Below, in pieces: positions 13,549 to 27,455 of a stretch of DNA of 64,000 bases. The notes beneath the pieces were generated by a model, which had not been told where the DNA came from, searched no databases, and saw only the letters and a program-made list of their open reading frames with translations. Origin of the DNA: Eledone cirrhosa (lineage: Eukaryota); the NCBI GenBank assembly GCA_964016885.1, contig OZ024748.1:45632001-45696000 (forward strand), given 5' to 3'. Each line of letters begins with the position of its first letter. Position 1 is the stretch's first letter. A program made the translations under genes and the position numbers.

Positions 13549-13657
13549 AATAAAGATGAGAGATGGTATCATTAAAAAAAAAAAAAATCAATAAAAACAA
13601 TAACACAATAATTCCCCCAAAACGGAGAATTGTCCGAACTTATGATGTAAAAATAAA
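13549..13657 (+). promoter_or_regulatory. Candidate polyadenylation signals of the neuropeptide gene
   Basis: AATAAA at 13549, 13590 and 13652, downstream of the stop codon; which one is used is unknown. Confidence 0.4.
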
Positions 13658-13711
13658 GCAACTTGTGTGAGGAATATTATAAATATATACATACATATAT
13701 CTATATATATA

Positions 13712-13826
<115 letters not shown>

Positions 13827-14332
13827 GTATATATATCTATATATTGGTGAAATGTTTAATTTATTTTCCTATTCTATGTCACTTGTCCGAGTCCTTGAAA
13901 AAATATTCTCATAATACAAATTATTATTATTGTTGTTATGCATATTGTTGTTGTTATTATTATTATTGTTGTTGTTACTGTTGTTATTATCGTTGATACT
14001 ATCATTATTATTATTATTACTATTATTATTATCATTATTACTTTTTGTTATTATTATTATTATTATAATTATAATTATTATTATTATTATTATTATTATC
14101 ATCATTATTTCAGAATCCGTGTTATTTTTTTTTTTTTTTTTTTTAGGGATTGTTTCTTTAATTTTTCTTTAGATATTCCGTCTCTGTTGCTTTATTTTTC
14201 TAATAAAATAAAACAATAAAATGATATATATACATATATACATACATATATATAATTCATATATAAAATATATATATTATATATATATATATAACTCACA
14301 TATAGAATATATATATTATATATATGTATATA

Positions 14333-14451
<119 letters not shown>

Positions 14452-14659
14452 GTTGACTATGTGACAAAATATGATAAAAATTTGGCTATTTCGTGATATT
14501 GAGGACTTTCAAAATAACATATAGCATTTCACTGATTTCGTCTGTCCTGAGATTCATTTGGGCTGAATTGTTTAATAGAAAAATAAAATAGTTTCATTTA
14601 GTCTTTTGTTATTTGACTTTTCTTTCAACGCTTTCTTTCCTTTGCTTTCCAAAATGTTA

Positions 14660-14915
14660 CTCGTTACATGACGGGGAATTTTGGGAACTTTTAGGAGTCC
14701 TTCTGTTGTCCAGCTCTCCTGAGAGTTTCTTACCTAACATATGACGAAGAATTCTGGGAACTTATCTGTAGACGTTTTGTCGTCGAGCTCTCCTGATAGT
14801 TTCTTACCCGTCATAAGATCAAGAAATCTGGGAACTTATCTGAAGACTTTTTGCTGTCCAGCTCTCCTGAGAGTTTCTTACCCTTTACCCGTCAAATGAT
14901 GGGGAATTTGGGAAT
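14660..14915. repeat. ~72-bp tandem triplication
   Basis: gggaactt...ccagctctcctgagagtttcttacc occurs three times. Confidence 0.75.
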
Positions 14916-15261
14916 ATATTCCTTTGCTGCTGTGGGAAATAGTATATAAATATATAAATATATATATAAATGTATAAATATATAAATATAAATGCATAAA
15001 TATATAAATACAAAGAAAATAAACAATCTATACATGAAAATAATATACTATACGAGGGTCGACTAAAAGATTCATATGTTGACTAAGATATTTTCTTGGA
15101 ATGATCTGAGGTTTATTTTTTAACATAGTTCCTGGAAAGTAAGAAAGCAAGTATTCATAAGAGCTGATGAAATTATTGCAAGATTTCACAGTACTACTAT
15201 CACTCCTTCATAATCAGCATATATATAAATATCTCTCCATCTATATATATCTAATATAGAA

Positions 15262-15304
15262 AAGGCTCCTACAGAACTTGAACTGTTTCATTCGGGAGAA
15301 GTCA
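15262..15304 (-). ncRNA. 5'-truncated hammerhead (same family as 30734-30782)
   Basis: Minus strand reads atga-cttctcccgaat-GAAA-cag ttcaagtt ctg-TA-ggagcc. Confidence 0.55.
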
Positions 15305-15319
15305 TATATATATATATAT

Positions 15320-15610
15320 ATAATATAAGATCAAAAGATGGTTAAAGGAGTTCAATATATTTTATTATGCGCATTTCAAAAACAAACATCATCAAACAAT
15401 AATATTTGTGTTTTCATCAGATAAAACAGGAGAACATGATATGAAGGCTAAAAAAACACTTGTTGATAGTGCAGTTTTAAATCAACATATATTGAACTCC
15501 TTTAACCATCTTTTGATCTTATATTATGCATACTCCAGTCCCACAAACTGTAGAGTGCTTCTTATCCGATATCTGCATTGCTTTATTGTACTACAATAAA
15601 ACTCACCTCC

Positions 15611-15612
<2 letters not shown>
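15320..15612. mobile_element. (TA)n-flanked foldback element
   Basis: taatataagatcaaaagatggttaaaggagttcaatat is mirrored at ~15488-15526; tail on the right. Confidence 0.7.
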
Positions 15613-15693
<81 letters not shown>

Positions 15694-16419
15694 CGAAGGA
15701 ATTGTGGTAAGGAACCAGATGGACCATAACGCACCAAAGTACTCAATACTTAGGGTAGTAGAGTGGGTAATAGGAACAAGTATGACCCCGACGGCAGAGC
15801 TCATGTCGTTTCGACGGCTATTTCTGGACTAAGTAAGAATGTTTAGCCTGGTAAATAAATAGCCGAACTAAATACGGACGTATATGTATTTAGCATTTTT
15901 CCCATTCTCCACCTATTAAACTTTTCTATAGCTTAGCAATACCAATGAGAAATTTGGTGATTGTAGAAATGGAGAAGTAACCAGAAATTGTTTTTATATA
16001 TTTATTTCCTTATTCTTATAATGGTTTTTTTTTTACTCCCTTTCGATTTACCTATTCTTTCTACCCCCCTCCTCTTCTCCAGTAGACTTTGTTCGACCTT
16101 TTACACACTATCCGTAGAATCTTCTCTATATATTTCAATTTCAACGCTTCACTGGGTTTCCCCGACTCCCTCTTTGTTCTACCGGCAAGTTCAGCCACCT
16201 CTGCTTCCCACCAAATGCCCTGATAGATTTATCTGTCTTTACAGCAAATTTTTGACTAAACCTCTTGACAATTACTAAGTCCCCATATAAGGTAATACCC
16301 CCCGAGAAGTTCGGCTATTTATTTACCAGGTTAAAAATTCTTATTTAGTCCAGAAATAGCCGTCGAAACGGCTTAAGCTCTGCCGTCGGGGTCATACTTG
16401 TTACTATATATATATATAT

Positions 16420-17504
16420 AGAAGTGGTTACACAACAGTTAGTTCACCATACCGAGAACAATTGTTTCACCTTAACGGATCCTCCGCTTGTAGTGGACAT
16501 GGTTATACGGAACAGGAATGAAAACCGTACGAACGCGCATGCGCAGAAAGGATCACTTCACACAGGCAATACTAAATTGCGTGCAAGAGGTGTAAGGGAG
16601 ATAACTGCGAAAGTCCGAAACTTTCTAGTTGATAAGAACATTAGGATGTTGTTGTAATTCAATCCGGAGCTTTGTAGTTATGTAAGAGGTGTTTCCAGAC
16701 GTGTGGACAACGTGTGAAGAATTCATTTCTCGTGTTTAGGCAATCACTATTGCGTAATCTCTTTAGAATATTTATTCGTTCATCAATACATAGTCCACAC
16801 GACGGATTGCCCCTTGCGTATGGCTTGGACTTAGTGATGGCTTTCCATTGAATGGAGTAGTCTATACTTGAGTCCTTGAGGGACCATACGTGGCTCGCGA
16901 GTTTCGTGGATGAACGTCTGTCCGGGTACCTAGAAGTCGACTCGTGGTTCAGGAAACGTTCCTTAAATCGGCCCTCCGCCATACCCACATAGGATTTGAC
17001 CTCCTGTGGTTGATTTGGTCGGTTGGAAGTGACCACAGCTTCATAAACTAGAGCAGGTGTGTTGAATTGCTGTTGAAGGGGACAAGCTTTGGGCTTACGG
17101 CAAGCGCACCGTGGGTGGGTGTTGTTCTTATGGCTGTTGGTGATGTGGGCCTTCATGTTCTTAGCGCAGGAGTATCCTAGTTTTACTTTGTGTCGGTTAA
17201 AGATGGAGGGGAATTTATGACCTATGGGAAAGTGTCTATCTAAGAGGGCTAGAAACTTTTTGCCTACGCAATTTTGCACGCAATTTAGTATTGCCTGTGG
17301 GAAGTGATTGTTTCTGCGCATGCGCGTTCGCACGGTTGTCCTTCCTGTTCCGTATAACCATGTCTATTACGAGCTGAGCATCCTCTAAGGTGAAACAATT
17401 GTTCTCAGTATGGTGAACTAACTGTTGTGTAACCACTTCTACCTAACTCGTCCCATGGACTGAGCGCTCTACCACTACGGATATTACCTTCCAGTCTTCT
17501 ACCA

Positions 17505-17510
<6 letters not shown>
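16420..17510 (-). mobile_element. 5'-truncated Penelope-like element with GIY-YIG endonuclease (coding ~16659-17270) and inverted pLTR arms (16420-16586 / 17274-17441, plus tail)
   Basis: GKKFLALLDRHFP..IFNRHKVKLGYSC..NM, CAC..CPL, LVYEA..YVGMAEGRFKERFLNH, LASHVW, CGLCIDE are typical of the PLE C-terminus; mutated hammerheads lie in both arms. Confidence 0.9.
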
Positions 17511-17576
<66 letters not shown>

Positions 17577-17679
17577 GTCTATGGTTCTTAGCTGTTCGAA
17601 AAGAAATTCGTAGCACACGAATATGATCGACTAAAATGCGTATATAATCCATGGATTATATTCCTTTGTTAAATTTCGA

Positions 17680-17737
17680 ATACCTGATGATGTCACCGGA
17701 TTCATACTGAACCCGGTCATTGAAATGTTCATAGTAT
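17680..17737 (+). ncRNA. Type-I hammerhead ribozyme motif in a solo element (~17580-17930)
   Basis: atac-CTGATGA-[tg..accgg...ccggt ca]-GAAA-tg tt ca-TA-gtat. Confidence 0.7.
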
Positions 17738-17927
17738 GATAAACCTTTAAGGAATGACACCAGTCCAGCCTCCTATTATTTTATAATAATTAACTCCGTA
17801 CTCGCACCACCAACAACACAAACGAAGACGGGTGAGTTGCATTACGTCAAGTGCTCTCCCTAGTATTACATCGAGGTTGACCATACGGAATGACCAGTTC
17901 TACCCGGTAGTGAACCAACAAACCTAA

Positions 17928-18031
<104 letters not shown>

Positions 18032-19942
18032 AGGTAGTCAGAGAGCTATGGATTTTCAGACATTCTATTAATCATCCTAAACAGATCATTACCAAACGTA
18101 TATTATTTAAAAAGTATGCCGGTTATGCTTGACTGAGAAATGCCACATCACGAACAACACATCTTACACCAATAATAAACAGAGAAGAGGTGATATAAAT
18201 TTACAGATACAATGATTGTTTTATTATCTCCCTTCTGGCTAGACCACTGCTGAGGTTTCATATTACGTGGCATGCCACCTTCGAATATATTTTGTCTTTA
18301 ACAAATACGAATATCAGCATGACGAAGAAAACCAGCATATTTCCTTAAGAAAACGTAATTTTCATCCTTTCTATCGTGTCGTTCACGAACCTTAATAATT
18401 ACAAGAGGTTGTCCCCCTAATGTTTTCTTTAAAGCCATTTCACTTTACAAAATTATTTTGGTTTTCTGACTCATTTCGTCATACAAACCCATTGCGGTCC
18501 ACTTAATTTTTTAAGGATACCTACTCGATTCGGTGCACATGTACATTTGCGGTCATCCCAAGACCCTAAATAATATTGTGCATAACAAAATTCTACACTG
18601 GTTACACGAATGAATCCTCGCAAACAAGGGTTTCAATAAAACGTTGGACATCACTTCACGCTGCCAATTTATGAATCACGTATTTAATACTGTTTTAAAA
18701 TATGAAAGTATTTGACTCAGAGGGTAGAATATTGGGATTACAATCATGTGGTGTGTGTTCGATTCCTTAACGTAGTGGTGCGTTGCGTCCTTGAGCAAGA
18801 CATCTTATTTCATGCTGCTCAAGAGTTGTAATGCTGTATCGGTCTTTTCTTTGGACAACATCGGTGTCGTGGAGAGAGACGACTGGTATGCATGAGTCAC
18901 AGGCTCTGACTTCCACCCAAAGTCCTTGTCTGGAAGGGGAACGGAGAAAGTACAAACTGATGATCATTCATAACCGAATGGAGGGGTGGTGGTACCTAGG
19001 AAAATATGACACCAACGGTGGTTGACAGATTCTTCATCACATCGGTAAGTTCATGTAATTTAAAGAAAGGTGTAGAACAAATCCGTTCATCTCATTTTTT
19101 ATGTTACATCAACACAACTGCGTCACACTTCCACAAAACCTCCTCAGCCTCATACGTAGCTGACATGAATTTCACATCTATTTCTATCTCACATAAATCC
19201 TATAGAAACTAGGTTCCTTAAAAGACCCCGAAAATATTACCTACCAAATACTTCGTCTTCTTTCTTATCAACAATACGTGGTACAACTATATAACTAGGA
19301 TCTCACCCCCAAAACATAAATATAACATACAATACATAGGAGATAAAATATAAGAGGAAATATATATGACATGTTTATAAAATTCACAATTTATATACAA
19401 GTGTAAAGACGGTAAAATGGCGGACATACATGCGTAGAATACTCAGATTCAACACGTGGATTACACTCCAAATAACAACACTAGTAGCCAAACAGGATAC
19501 TAGCTCAATCTGCCCATAATATACTACTTTAAGAATATAGAAAATATGGTACCATCACAGGTTGCACTCAGATCTCACCCATAGACCACGCAAAAAACAA
19601 AACAAAACAAAAAAACAAAAAACAAAAAAACAAACATGAAACAAAACAAAGCAAAGAAATCATCTGTTCATGTAAAGACCTGCTACAACATGCTGCAACA
19701 ACCTGTTACACTAAACGGTCCTGTCAATATGTGCACAGTCGCCCCTCAAAACATGAATACATATACAGCCCTGCAGAACATAACTGCAACATAATATTAG
19801 AAGCACCGCCCTTCCCACTCAGTATAGATAACAGTAAAACTAGAAGCTCACCCACGTGGTAAATTCCAGAAGTATGCATAAATTAATTAACAGGAGACAT
19901 ATTATCGTAAATTACCCTCCCAGTACTAACCGAGGAGGTCAC

Positions 19943-20230
19943 CGTAACTCTTGATAGAGTCGTAGGGGCGCCTTAATAATATAAAGCGTTTCTTCGGTAT
20001 TTTAAGCCTAGCGGAGCACATCCTTCTCCAGGCCTGAGTATAGCTGATTTCTTCCAGAGAGAGGAAGAATCGATCCCAGTACTAGACTGGTACTATTTTT
20101 AACGACTTCGAAAGGATGAAAGACAAAGTTGCCATCGGCGGTATTTGAACTCAGAAAGCAGCGAGCCGGAACGAATACCATCAAACATTCTATCCGACGT
20201 TTAAACAATTCTACCTATTCGCCGCCTTAC
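19943..20230 (-). mobile_element. SINE variant with an alternative long 3' tail (also 23048-23370, 38660-39385, 43460-43785 +, 46316-46440)
   Basis: Same head and core as the main SINE, joined to the tail ...caggcctggagaaggatg...cctacgactct...gttacg. Confidence 0.65.
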
Positions 20231-21174
20231 TAATTGAGGAGAAACAGTAAATCTCACGGTCTGACCAAGTTCACCTTGTACACAACCGACAGAGTCTGCA
20301 TGAGATTAAACTTTGGAAGGTATGAAACGTACACTTTACCAAACCTTTTCAGTGCTGGAGCTTATCCCTATTCAGTGCAGGGTCGGCTCGTTCTATTATA
20401 TTCATGCGACCGAGAAGTTGATCTAAAGGTTTCCTTGCATTGGAGTTGTATCATCGTTAACGGAGCTCCGAAAGTTTGCTTCCCACTACGGAGAAGTCGG
20501 TAGTAGCAGGGTCAATTTGAACTCATAACGCAAACATAGAACAAAATATTTCCTCCGATACTCGAATAATTATTGGTACATTATTTACCGTCTCCGAAAG
20601 GTTGCAAGGTAAGTTTACCACTGTGTGATTTGAACCAGAATAAACACCGTAAAACATTTCAACTGACACTTTAATGATTCTACCAATTCATTGCCTGAAG
20701 ACCAGCATGCAATATTCCGAATCACCAGTGCTTATTTCATTCTTTCCCGCCTTACTCTGTGGACATCAATCTCATTCTCCCTATCCTCGTCAGTGAATAT
20801 CATCTTATTCATCTCAGCATACCAATCTAAATATATCTACATAGGTCATTGGTATCACTATAGATATGACGGTATGTTAATGTCGTAAATGCCATTAATT
20901 CTAGCTCTTCTCGACCATATCTTTGGGGACTAAAGCGAACAAAAGTCTTGAGTCAATTTACATTTTTAGATTCCTTAGAGCCATATCTACTGAGGTGCCT
21001 TTTACTGACACCAAATATCAGAATGTGACATTACAAACTAATATCCTTCGTCATATAACTCTATAACTTGTCATATACCAGTATATTGAGTTACCTACAT
21101 GTGTTTTACATCAAATACCAGTAGGGTTTGTCACATATACGATTATCTTACGTCACATATCGATTACTTTTGTC

Positions 21175-21440
21175 ACGCACCAACATCTGACGTCACACGC
21201 TAGTATCTGACGTCAAACACCAGTATCTGACATCATACGCCAACACCTGACATCCCACGTCAGTATGCGACGTCACACGCCAACACATGACATCCCACAC
21301 CAGTATCTGACGTCACACGCCAATACCTGACGTCACACACCAGTATATGACGTCGCATATCAAGACCTGACGTCATACACCAGTATCTGACGTCACATAT
21401 CAAGACCTGATGTCAAATACCAGTATCTGAGCTCACATAA
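21175..21440. repeat. 20-bp minisatellite containing TGACGTCA (CRE consensus)
   Basis: Unit cagtatcTGACGTCAcacac; perfect octamers at 21188, 21208, 21308, 21328, 21368 and 21388. Confidence 0.9.
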
Positions 21441-21729
21441 TAATAACTCATGTCATACATAATTAACCTTTTTGTTGTCTCTGATATATTCCATTAAAAA
21501 AAACCCCATTATTTTCGAGACCCTTGAGATTATCAAAAAATCTTGGACTGTCTAACCTGAAACCCTCCTGAATAAGCTATTCTCACCATTTTTCATTAAA
21601 TAATCTGCTCAGTTACTCTATATCAACACAATAATCTAAACTATAATAAAGTAAGGAGCGCGGGACTGCATACGGTTTATAATTTTTTTTTATCCCTTTA
21701 GTAAAATAAGTTGGATTACTTTGAATAAA

Positions 21730-21922
21730 TAATTGTTTCTATTTTAGGCACAAGGCCAGCAATTACCCAGTACATTACTGGTACTTTATTTTATCGACCC
21801 CGTAAGGATGAAAGGCGAAGTTAACCTCGGCGGGATTTGAACTCAGATCATAAAGGGACGTAACTCTATGCTTCAAAGCATGGTGTCCGACTCTCTACCG
21901 ATACTTCCAATCCACCGCCCTA
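21730..21922 (-). mobile_element. Full-length tRNA-derived SINE (main family; also 32005-32190, 37350-37750 x2, 37763-37940, 39045-39225, 41463-41645, 46458-46770 x2)
   Basis: A-box-like tgg(c/a)agtatcggtag, B-box gagttcaaatcc, conserved core gcctttcatccttacggggtcgataaa, tail agaaacaattatt. Confidence 0.85.
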
Positions 21923-22114
21923 CTTTGGATAAATAATGAATGAATATTACATAATTTATCTACTAAATTTCGTGGTTGTTCATTAAATATATTTTATTAC
22001 TTATTTAAAGATTCACTTCTTTAACGTTTTCAAATGTCAACACTTCCGGTTAGCGATCGCTTAAATAAACATTCACATGTTTCTGTCACTAATTTTCTCC
22101 TAATGCATTTTATA

Positions 22115-22470
22115 TATAATATCGTCTTTTTAATGTATCATGGATTACGTTAATGATTACATAAGTCAGTGTAACTCAGTCTTCGTTCAATTTCGGTGTA
22201 TATTGTCAAATACGATTTTATTTGATCATATCTACATGCATATATACTTGCGTATAATATCAATATACACACTACACGTGCTAGCAGATATACAATATCG
22301 TCATTTATTAATGTATCATGGATTACGTTACTGATTACATAAGAGAGTGTAACACAGTCTTCGTTCAATTTCTGTGTATATTGTCAATTACGATTTTATT
22401 TGATGTGTCATATCTACATGCATATATATTTGCGTATAATATCAATTTACACACTACACATGCTAGCAGA
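22115..22470. repeat. ~178-bp tandem duplication
   Basis: taatgtatcatggattacgtta...cacactacac(g/a)tgctagcaga occurs twice. Confidence 0.85.
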
Positions 22471-23954
22471 AAACCACCCGAGGGATGGTTTTTCTGCTAG
22501 TTTAATTAATTCGGCTGCTATGTTAATAGAAAATTTAGTTAAACGACAATGTCTATTTATACAAATAAGTTAAGTGTCTGTTTACCAAACATACATTTGT
22601 AGAATTATTCAGAATCTATATATTACACATCATACTCTCAGTACCTTACTAATTAATACACGTTACCAATCGATGTACTAATATGCAAATGAGTAAAATC
22701 GACGGCTATTTCACATTAAAATTCTGAACTCTATCTTTCTGAAGAACGGTGATTAATCTGTGAACAGAATGTTTAAAATGGAAGTTATTATTACAGTCTT
22801 TTTGCTTTTAGTTTCGTCAGTCTAACCTCAGTGAGAGATCTGCTTTCAGCAAATAGCGATAATATTCGGATGAATTGAGAAAAGAGTTTCGAATGTAACA
22901 GAATAAATGAAATAGTTGCTTATAAGCGGTAAACCCATGCAAACCTGATAATAGTCTCATGAAAGATATAAAATATTGATAGGTCCCATTTCAATTGGCC
23001 CATCCCGATTGGATATATAGAATCCATTGTGTATTAATTCATGGTTCCGTAAGTCCTAAGAGAGTCGTAGGGGTGTCGTAATGACATTCAGCGTTTCTGG
23101 GGTATTTTAAGCCATGAGGAGCCCATCTTTTCTCAAGGTTTGACTACAGCAGATTTCCTCCAGAGAAGAATAGATAGTGAGAGGAAAGAAGTGAGAAAGA
23201 GATATAGAGGAAGAATCGATCCCAGTATTAGACTGGTACTTTGTTATCGACCTTAATTGGATGAAAGGCAAAGTTGACTTCGACAGGATTTGAAATCAGA
23301 GAGCACAGTCGGAACAAATATTGCAAAGCATTCTATCCGACGTTCTAACGAATCTGCAAATCGCCACCTTAGAATCCATTTTAACCGAGAACAATCTCAA
23401 ATGAGATTTGGTTTGTAGGCTCCATTTCAATCTATAATGTCCCCGGGAAAGATGCGAATGGTAGCCACCATTACACCTGGTAGTAAGGCCGAATCAGATG
23501 TGAAATGAAGGGACCATTTCAACTGATAGTAGGCCTAGACAACTGTGTGAACTGCCAAGTTCTTCAGCATGACACTTTATTTAAAGCTACTCCAGTAGAT
23601 GTAGTTCAAGGTTCCATCCTTGTCTCCCTGAATCTCCCTGAGACCTACCTTAAGTGTACACGTGTCTGTGAATTCTTCAGCCACTAACACGCTAATTTCA
23701 CTAGCAGGGAGTTCCGTTGATTGAATCAACTGGGAAATGGGTCACCGTCGTCGGCAAAGACGGAGATCCTCATACGCACTATATCCAATATAATTTCCTA
23801 TTATTTCGACCGTAGGTTTTGATTTGAGTGAGATTCGGTTTTTATTTCTAGCAGTTAATTAACTCAGTATATGTGCCGTCGATGGCTGGGAGAAGAATTT
23901 GGTTGTTGTTATCGTTAGTTTGAAAGTAAGTAATATCAGTTACCTACCACTAAT

Positions 23955-25750
23955 GTATTCTAATTTAGGCACAAGGCCAACAATTTTTGTTGAGGGGAAA
24001 GTCGACGATTAAATCAACCCTAGTGAGGTACTGGTACTTTATCTTATCGACCCCGTAAAGATGAAAGGCAAAACTAACCGCAGCAGGATTTGAACTCAGA
24101 ACGTAAAGGGACATGACTCTATGCCATCGAACATGTTGTCTGACACTCTACCGATTCTATTGCCAATACACCGCCATTCAGTTGCCCTCTAATAATTGTT
24201 TCTACTTTTGGCACAAGGCCAGCAATTATCTCAATGCATTACTGGTACTTTATTTTATCGACTCCGTAAGGATGAAAGGCAAAGTTAACCTGGGCGGGAT
24301 TGGAACTCAGAACTGCAAGGGCCGAAACTCTATGCGTCAAAGCATGGCGTCCGACCCTCTACCGATACTGTCAATCCACCGCCTCTAATAACGATTTCTA
24401 CTATAGGCACAAGGCCAACAATTTGGTGGGAGGGTTAAGTCGACTAAATCGACTCCAGTGTGTTACTGGTACCTTATTTTATCGGCCCTGTAAGGATGAA
24501 AGACAAAGCTGACCTCAGTGGGATTTGAACTCAGAACGTTAAGAGATATCTGGCAACTCTCGAGTACGAGAATAATGAAAACTCTATTGATAATGAACAC
24601 AACCACAAGGATATGGTCTGAACGTAGAAGAGCCGAACTCCCCTGTCATGGCCTCCATCTCTGTCACTTTCTCCTCCCCTGTCATGGCCTCCATCTCTGT
24701 CGCATTCTCCTCCCCTGTCATAGCCTCCATCTCTGTCACTTTCTCCTCCCCTGTCACCTTCTCCATCTCTCTGTATGGTGAGCAAGAGGGGTCGCAGGTG
24801 CTGTCCTCCCGACAGACAGAATGGAGAAGGCGTTTCCCAGGAGAATGGTAAGGGAGATGCGCTAAAGGATCATAACTCTATGCCACAAAGCATGCTGTCT
24901 GACGCTCTACCGATTACTTCTAATCCACAGTCCCTTGCACTTCTTACATTTTAAAATATATTCATTCTTGAAATTGTTGATTTTTCAACATAACTTTCTC
25001 ATTGCACGTAACATACAACGATGTGATGCTGAGAAGCATATTGTCTGACACTCTACCGACTCTATTACCAATTCACCGCCATTCAGTTGCCCACTAATAA
25101 TTGTTTCTACTTTTGGCACAAGGCCAGCAATTATCCCAGTGTATTACTGGTACTTTATTTTATCGACCCCGTAAGGATGAAAGGCAAAGTTAACCTCGGC
25201 GGGATTTGAACTCAGACCATAAAGGGCCGTAAATCTTTGCTGCAAAGCATGATGTCATATGCTCTACCGGTTACTACCAATACACCGCCATTAAGTTGCC
25301 CAATAATAATAATAATTTCTAGTATAGGCACAAGGCCAGTAATTTGGAGGAAGGGGAAAGTCGATTAAATCGACCCAGTACGTTACTGGTGTTTTATTTT
25401 ATCGACCCCATAAGGATGAAAGGCAAAACTATCCTCGGCAGGATTTGAACTCAGAACGTAAAGGTCGGGAACTCAATGCAACAAAGCATAATGTCTGACG
25501 CCCTACCGATACTGCCAATCCACCACGCGAATAATGATTTCTACAAGGCCAGCAATGTGGAGAGAGGCTAAAGTCGATTAAATCGACCCCAATGCATTAC
25601 TGGTACTTTATTTTATCGAGCCCCGATAAGGCTAAGCTCGGCGGAATTCGAACTCAGAATGTAATGGACCATAACTCTGTGTTGTCAAGCAGGGTGTCTG
25701 ATGATCTACCGATTCAATTGCCAAACACCGCCATTCAGTTGCCCATTAAT
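23955..25750 (-). mobile_element. Head-to-tail cluster of ~6-7 SINEs, one interrupted by an insert with 36-bp repeats (~24540-24860)
   Basis: Repeated SINE cores separated by the recurring linker caccgccattcagttgccc-aataat. Confidence 0.8.
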
Positions 25751-25912
25751 AAGAAACATCTGGAGATAGTAATTATTTCCACAACAGAATCACCTGTTAG
25801 TTTTCTCACTATAATATAACTGTTTTCAACACTTTACCTTGCAGCATTAAAATAAATTGAACTCATATGTTTTGAAAAAAAAAATGTATATCTTCGTCTG
25901 CGAATTGTCGGA

Positions 25913-25944
<32 letters not shown>

Positions 25945-25948
25945 ATAA

Positions 25949-26045
<97 letters not shown>

Positions 26046-26823
26046 AATATGTATATATGTATATATATATATGTATATGTAAATATACATATATATACTT
26101 ATTTATATATATGTATATGATATATATATATACATATATATATATATACATATATATATATCTACTTATATATATATATCTACTTATATATATATATGTA
26201 TATATATATATATACATATATATGTATATATATATATATATATATACATAGATATATATACTTATATATATACATGTATATATATATAAATATATATTAA
26301 ATATATATATATATACATATATATATGTATACATATGATGAGGGTTGATGAGGTGATTATTGTGAACGAAGTATACAAAGTAGTCTGGAAAGGAGATAAC
26401 ATGAACACAACACAGACACAAACATTGATACATACAAACGAACATATTCACACATGCAAATATACACACACATATACACACGCATGTGTATAGGTATATG
26501 TATGTGTCTGTATATATATATATATATGTATATATAGAGGTATGTAAAAATATTCGTAATATTTTTACATAGATCTACATGAAATACATACCAACACATA
26601 TATATCCGAGAAACGATCGTAAAATGATGAATTTTTTAATATAAAAAACTTGTTCTTTGTGTTTATTTCATTGTTTTTATTAATTTATCTTGACTCTGTT
26701 TTCCTATGATTTTTATCGTAAATTTTTGAATGCATCTCCTCTTTTCATGATATATTCTATATTTGGATTACATTGAGTTTCTCATACAGATTGGACACTC
26801 CCGTTTATTTTGGTAGATTTATC

Positions 26824-26885
<62 letters not shown>

Positions 26886-27059
26886 GGAGCAGTTTAGGTA
26901 TGATACATTTTATTACTAATTATATCTAAATGTTTCTTCTCTCTTCATAATGTATTATATATATATATATATATATATTTATAAAATTATATATATATGT
27001 ATTTATATATGTATATATATGTGTGTATATATATATATATGTATATATACGTATTTATT

Positions 27060-27117
<58 letters not shown>

Positions 27118-27396
27118 AGTGTGTGTATACATATATATGTGTGTGTAATATATATATATATATATATAAATATATAGGAAAATGTTTAACCCCGACGGCA
27201 GAGCTCAAGTCCAGAAATAGCTGTCAAAACGGGTTGAGCTCTGACCTCGGGGTTAAACATTTTCCTATTACCCACTCTACTAACCTAAGTATTGAGTACT
27301 CTGGTGCGTTATAGTCCAGCTGATTCCTTACCACATCTCCTTCGTTATAAATATATATATGTATAGTCATGAAGGAGTAACCATTCGTCCTTTTTG

Positions 27397-27451
<55 letters not shown>

Positions 27452-27455
<4 letters not shown>

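Noticed and set aside
15165-15195. ctgatga as a hammerhead core
   Set aside because: No downstream GAAA or closing stems.
17274-17333. N-terminus of the 224-aa GIY-YIG ORF
   Set aside because: Derived from the inverted pLTR arm, so it is not a real start; the element is 5'-truncated.
16420-17441. A-to-I editing signature between foldback arms
   Set aside because: Mismatches are of mixed types, with no consistent A-to-G bias by eye.
21850-21922. tRNA genes at SINE heads
   Set aside because: A and B boxes are present, but there is no complete cloverleaf and they are always attached to the SINE core.
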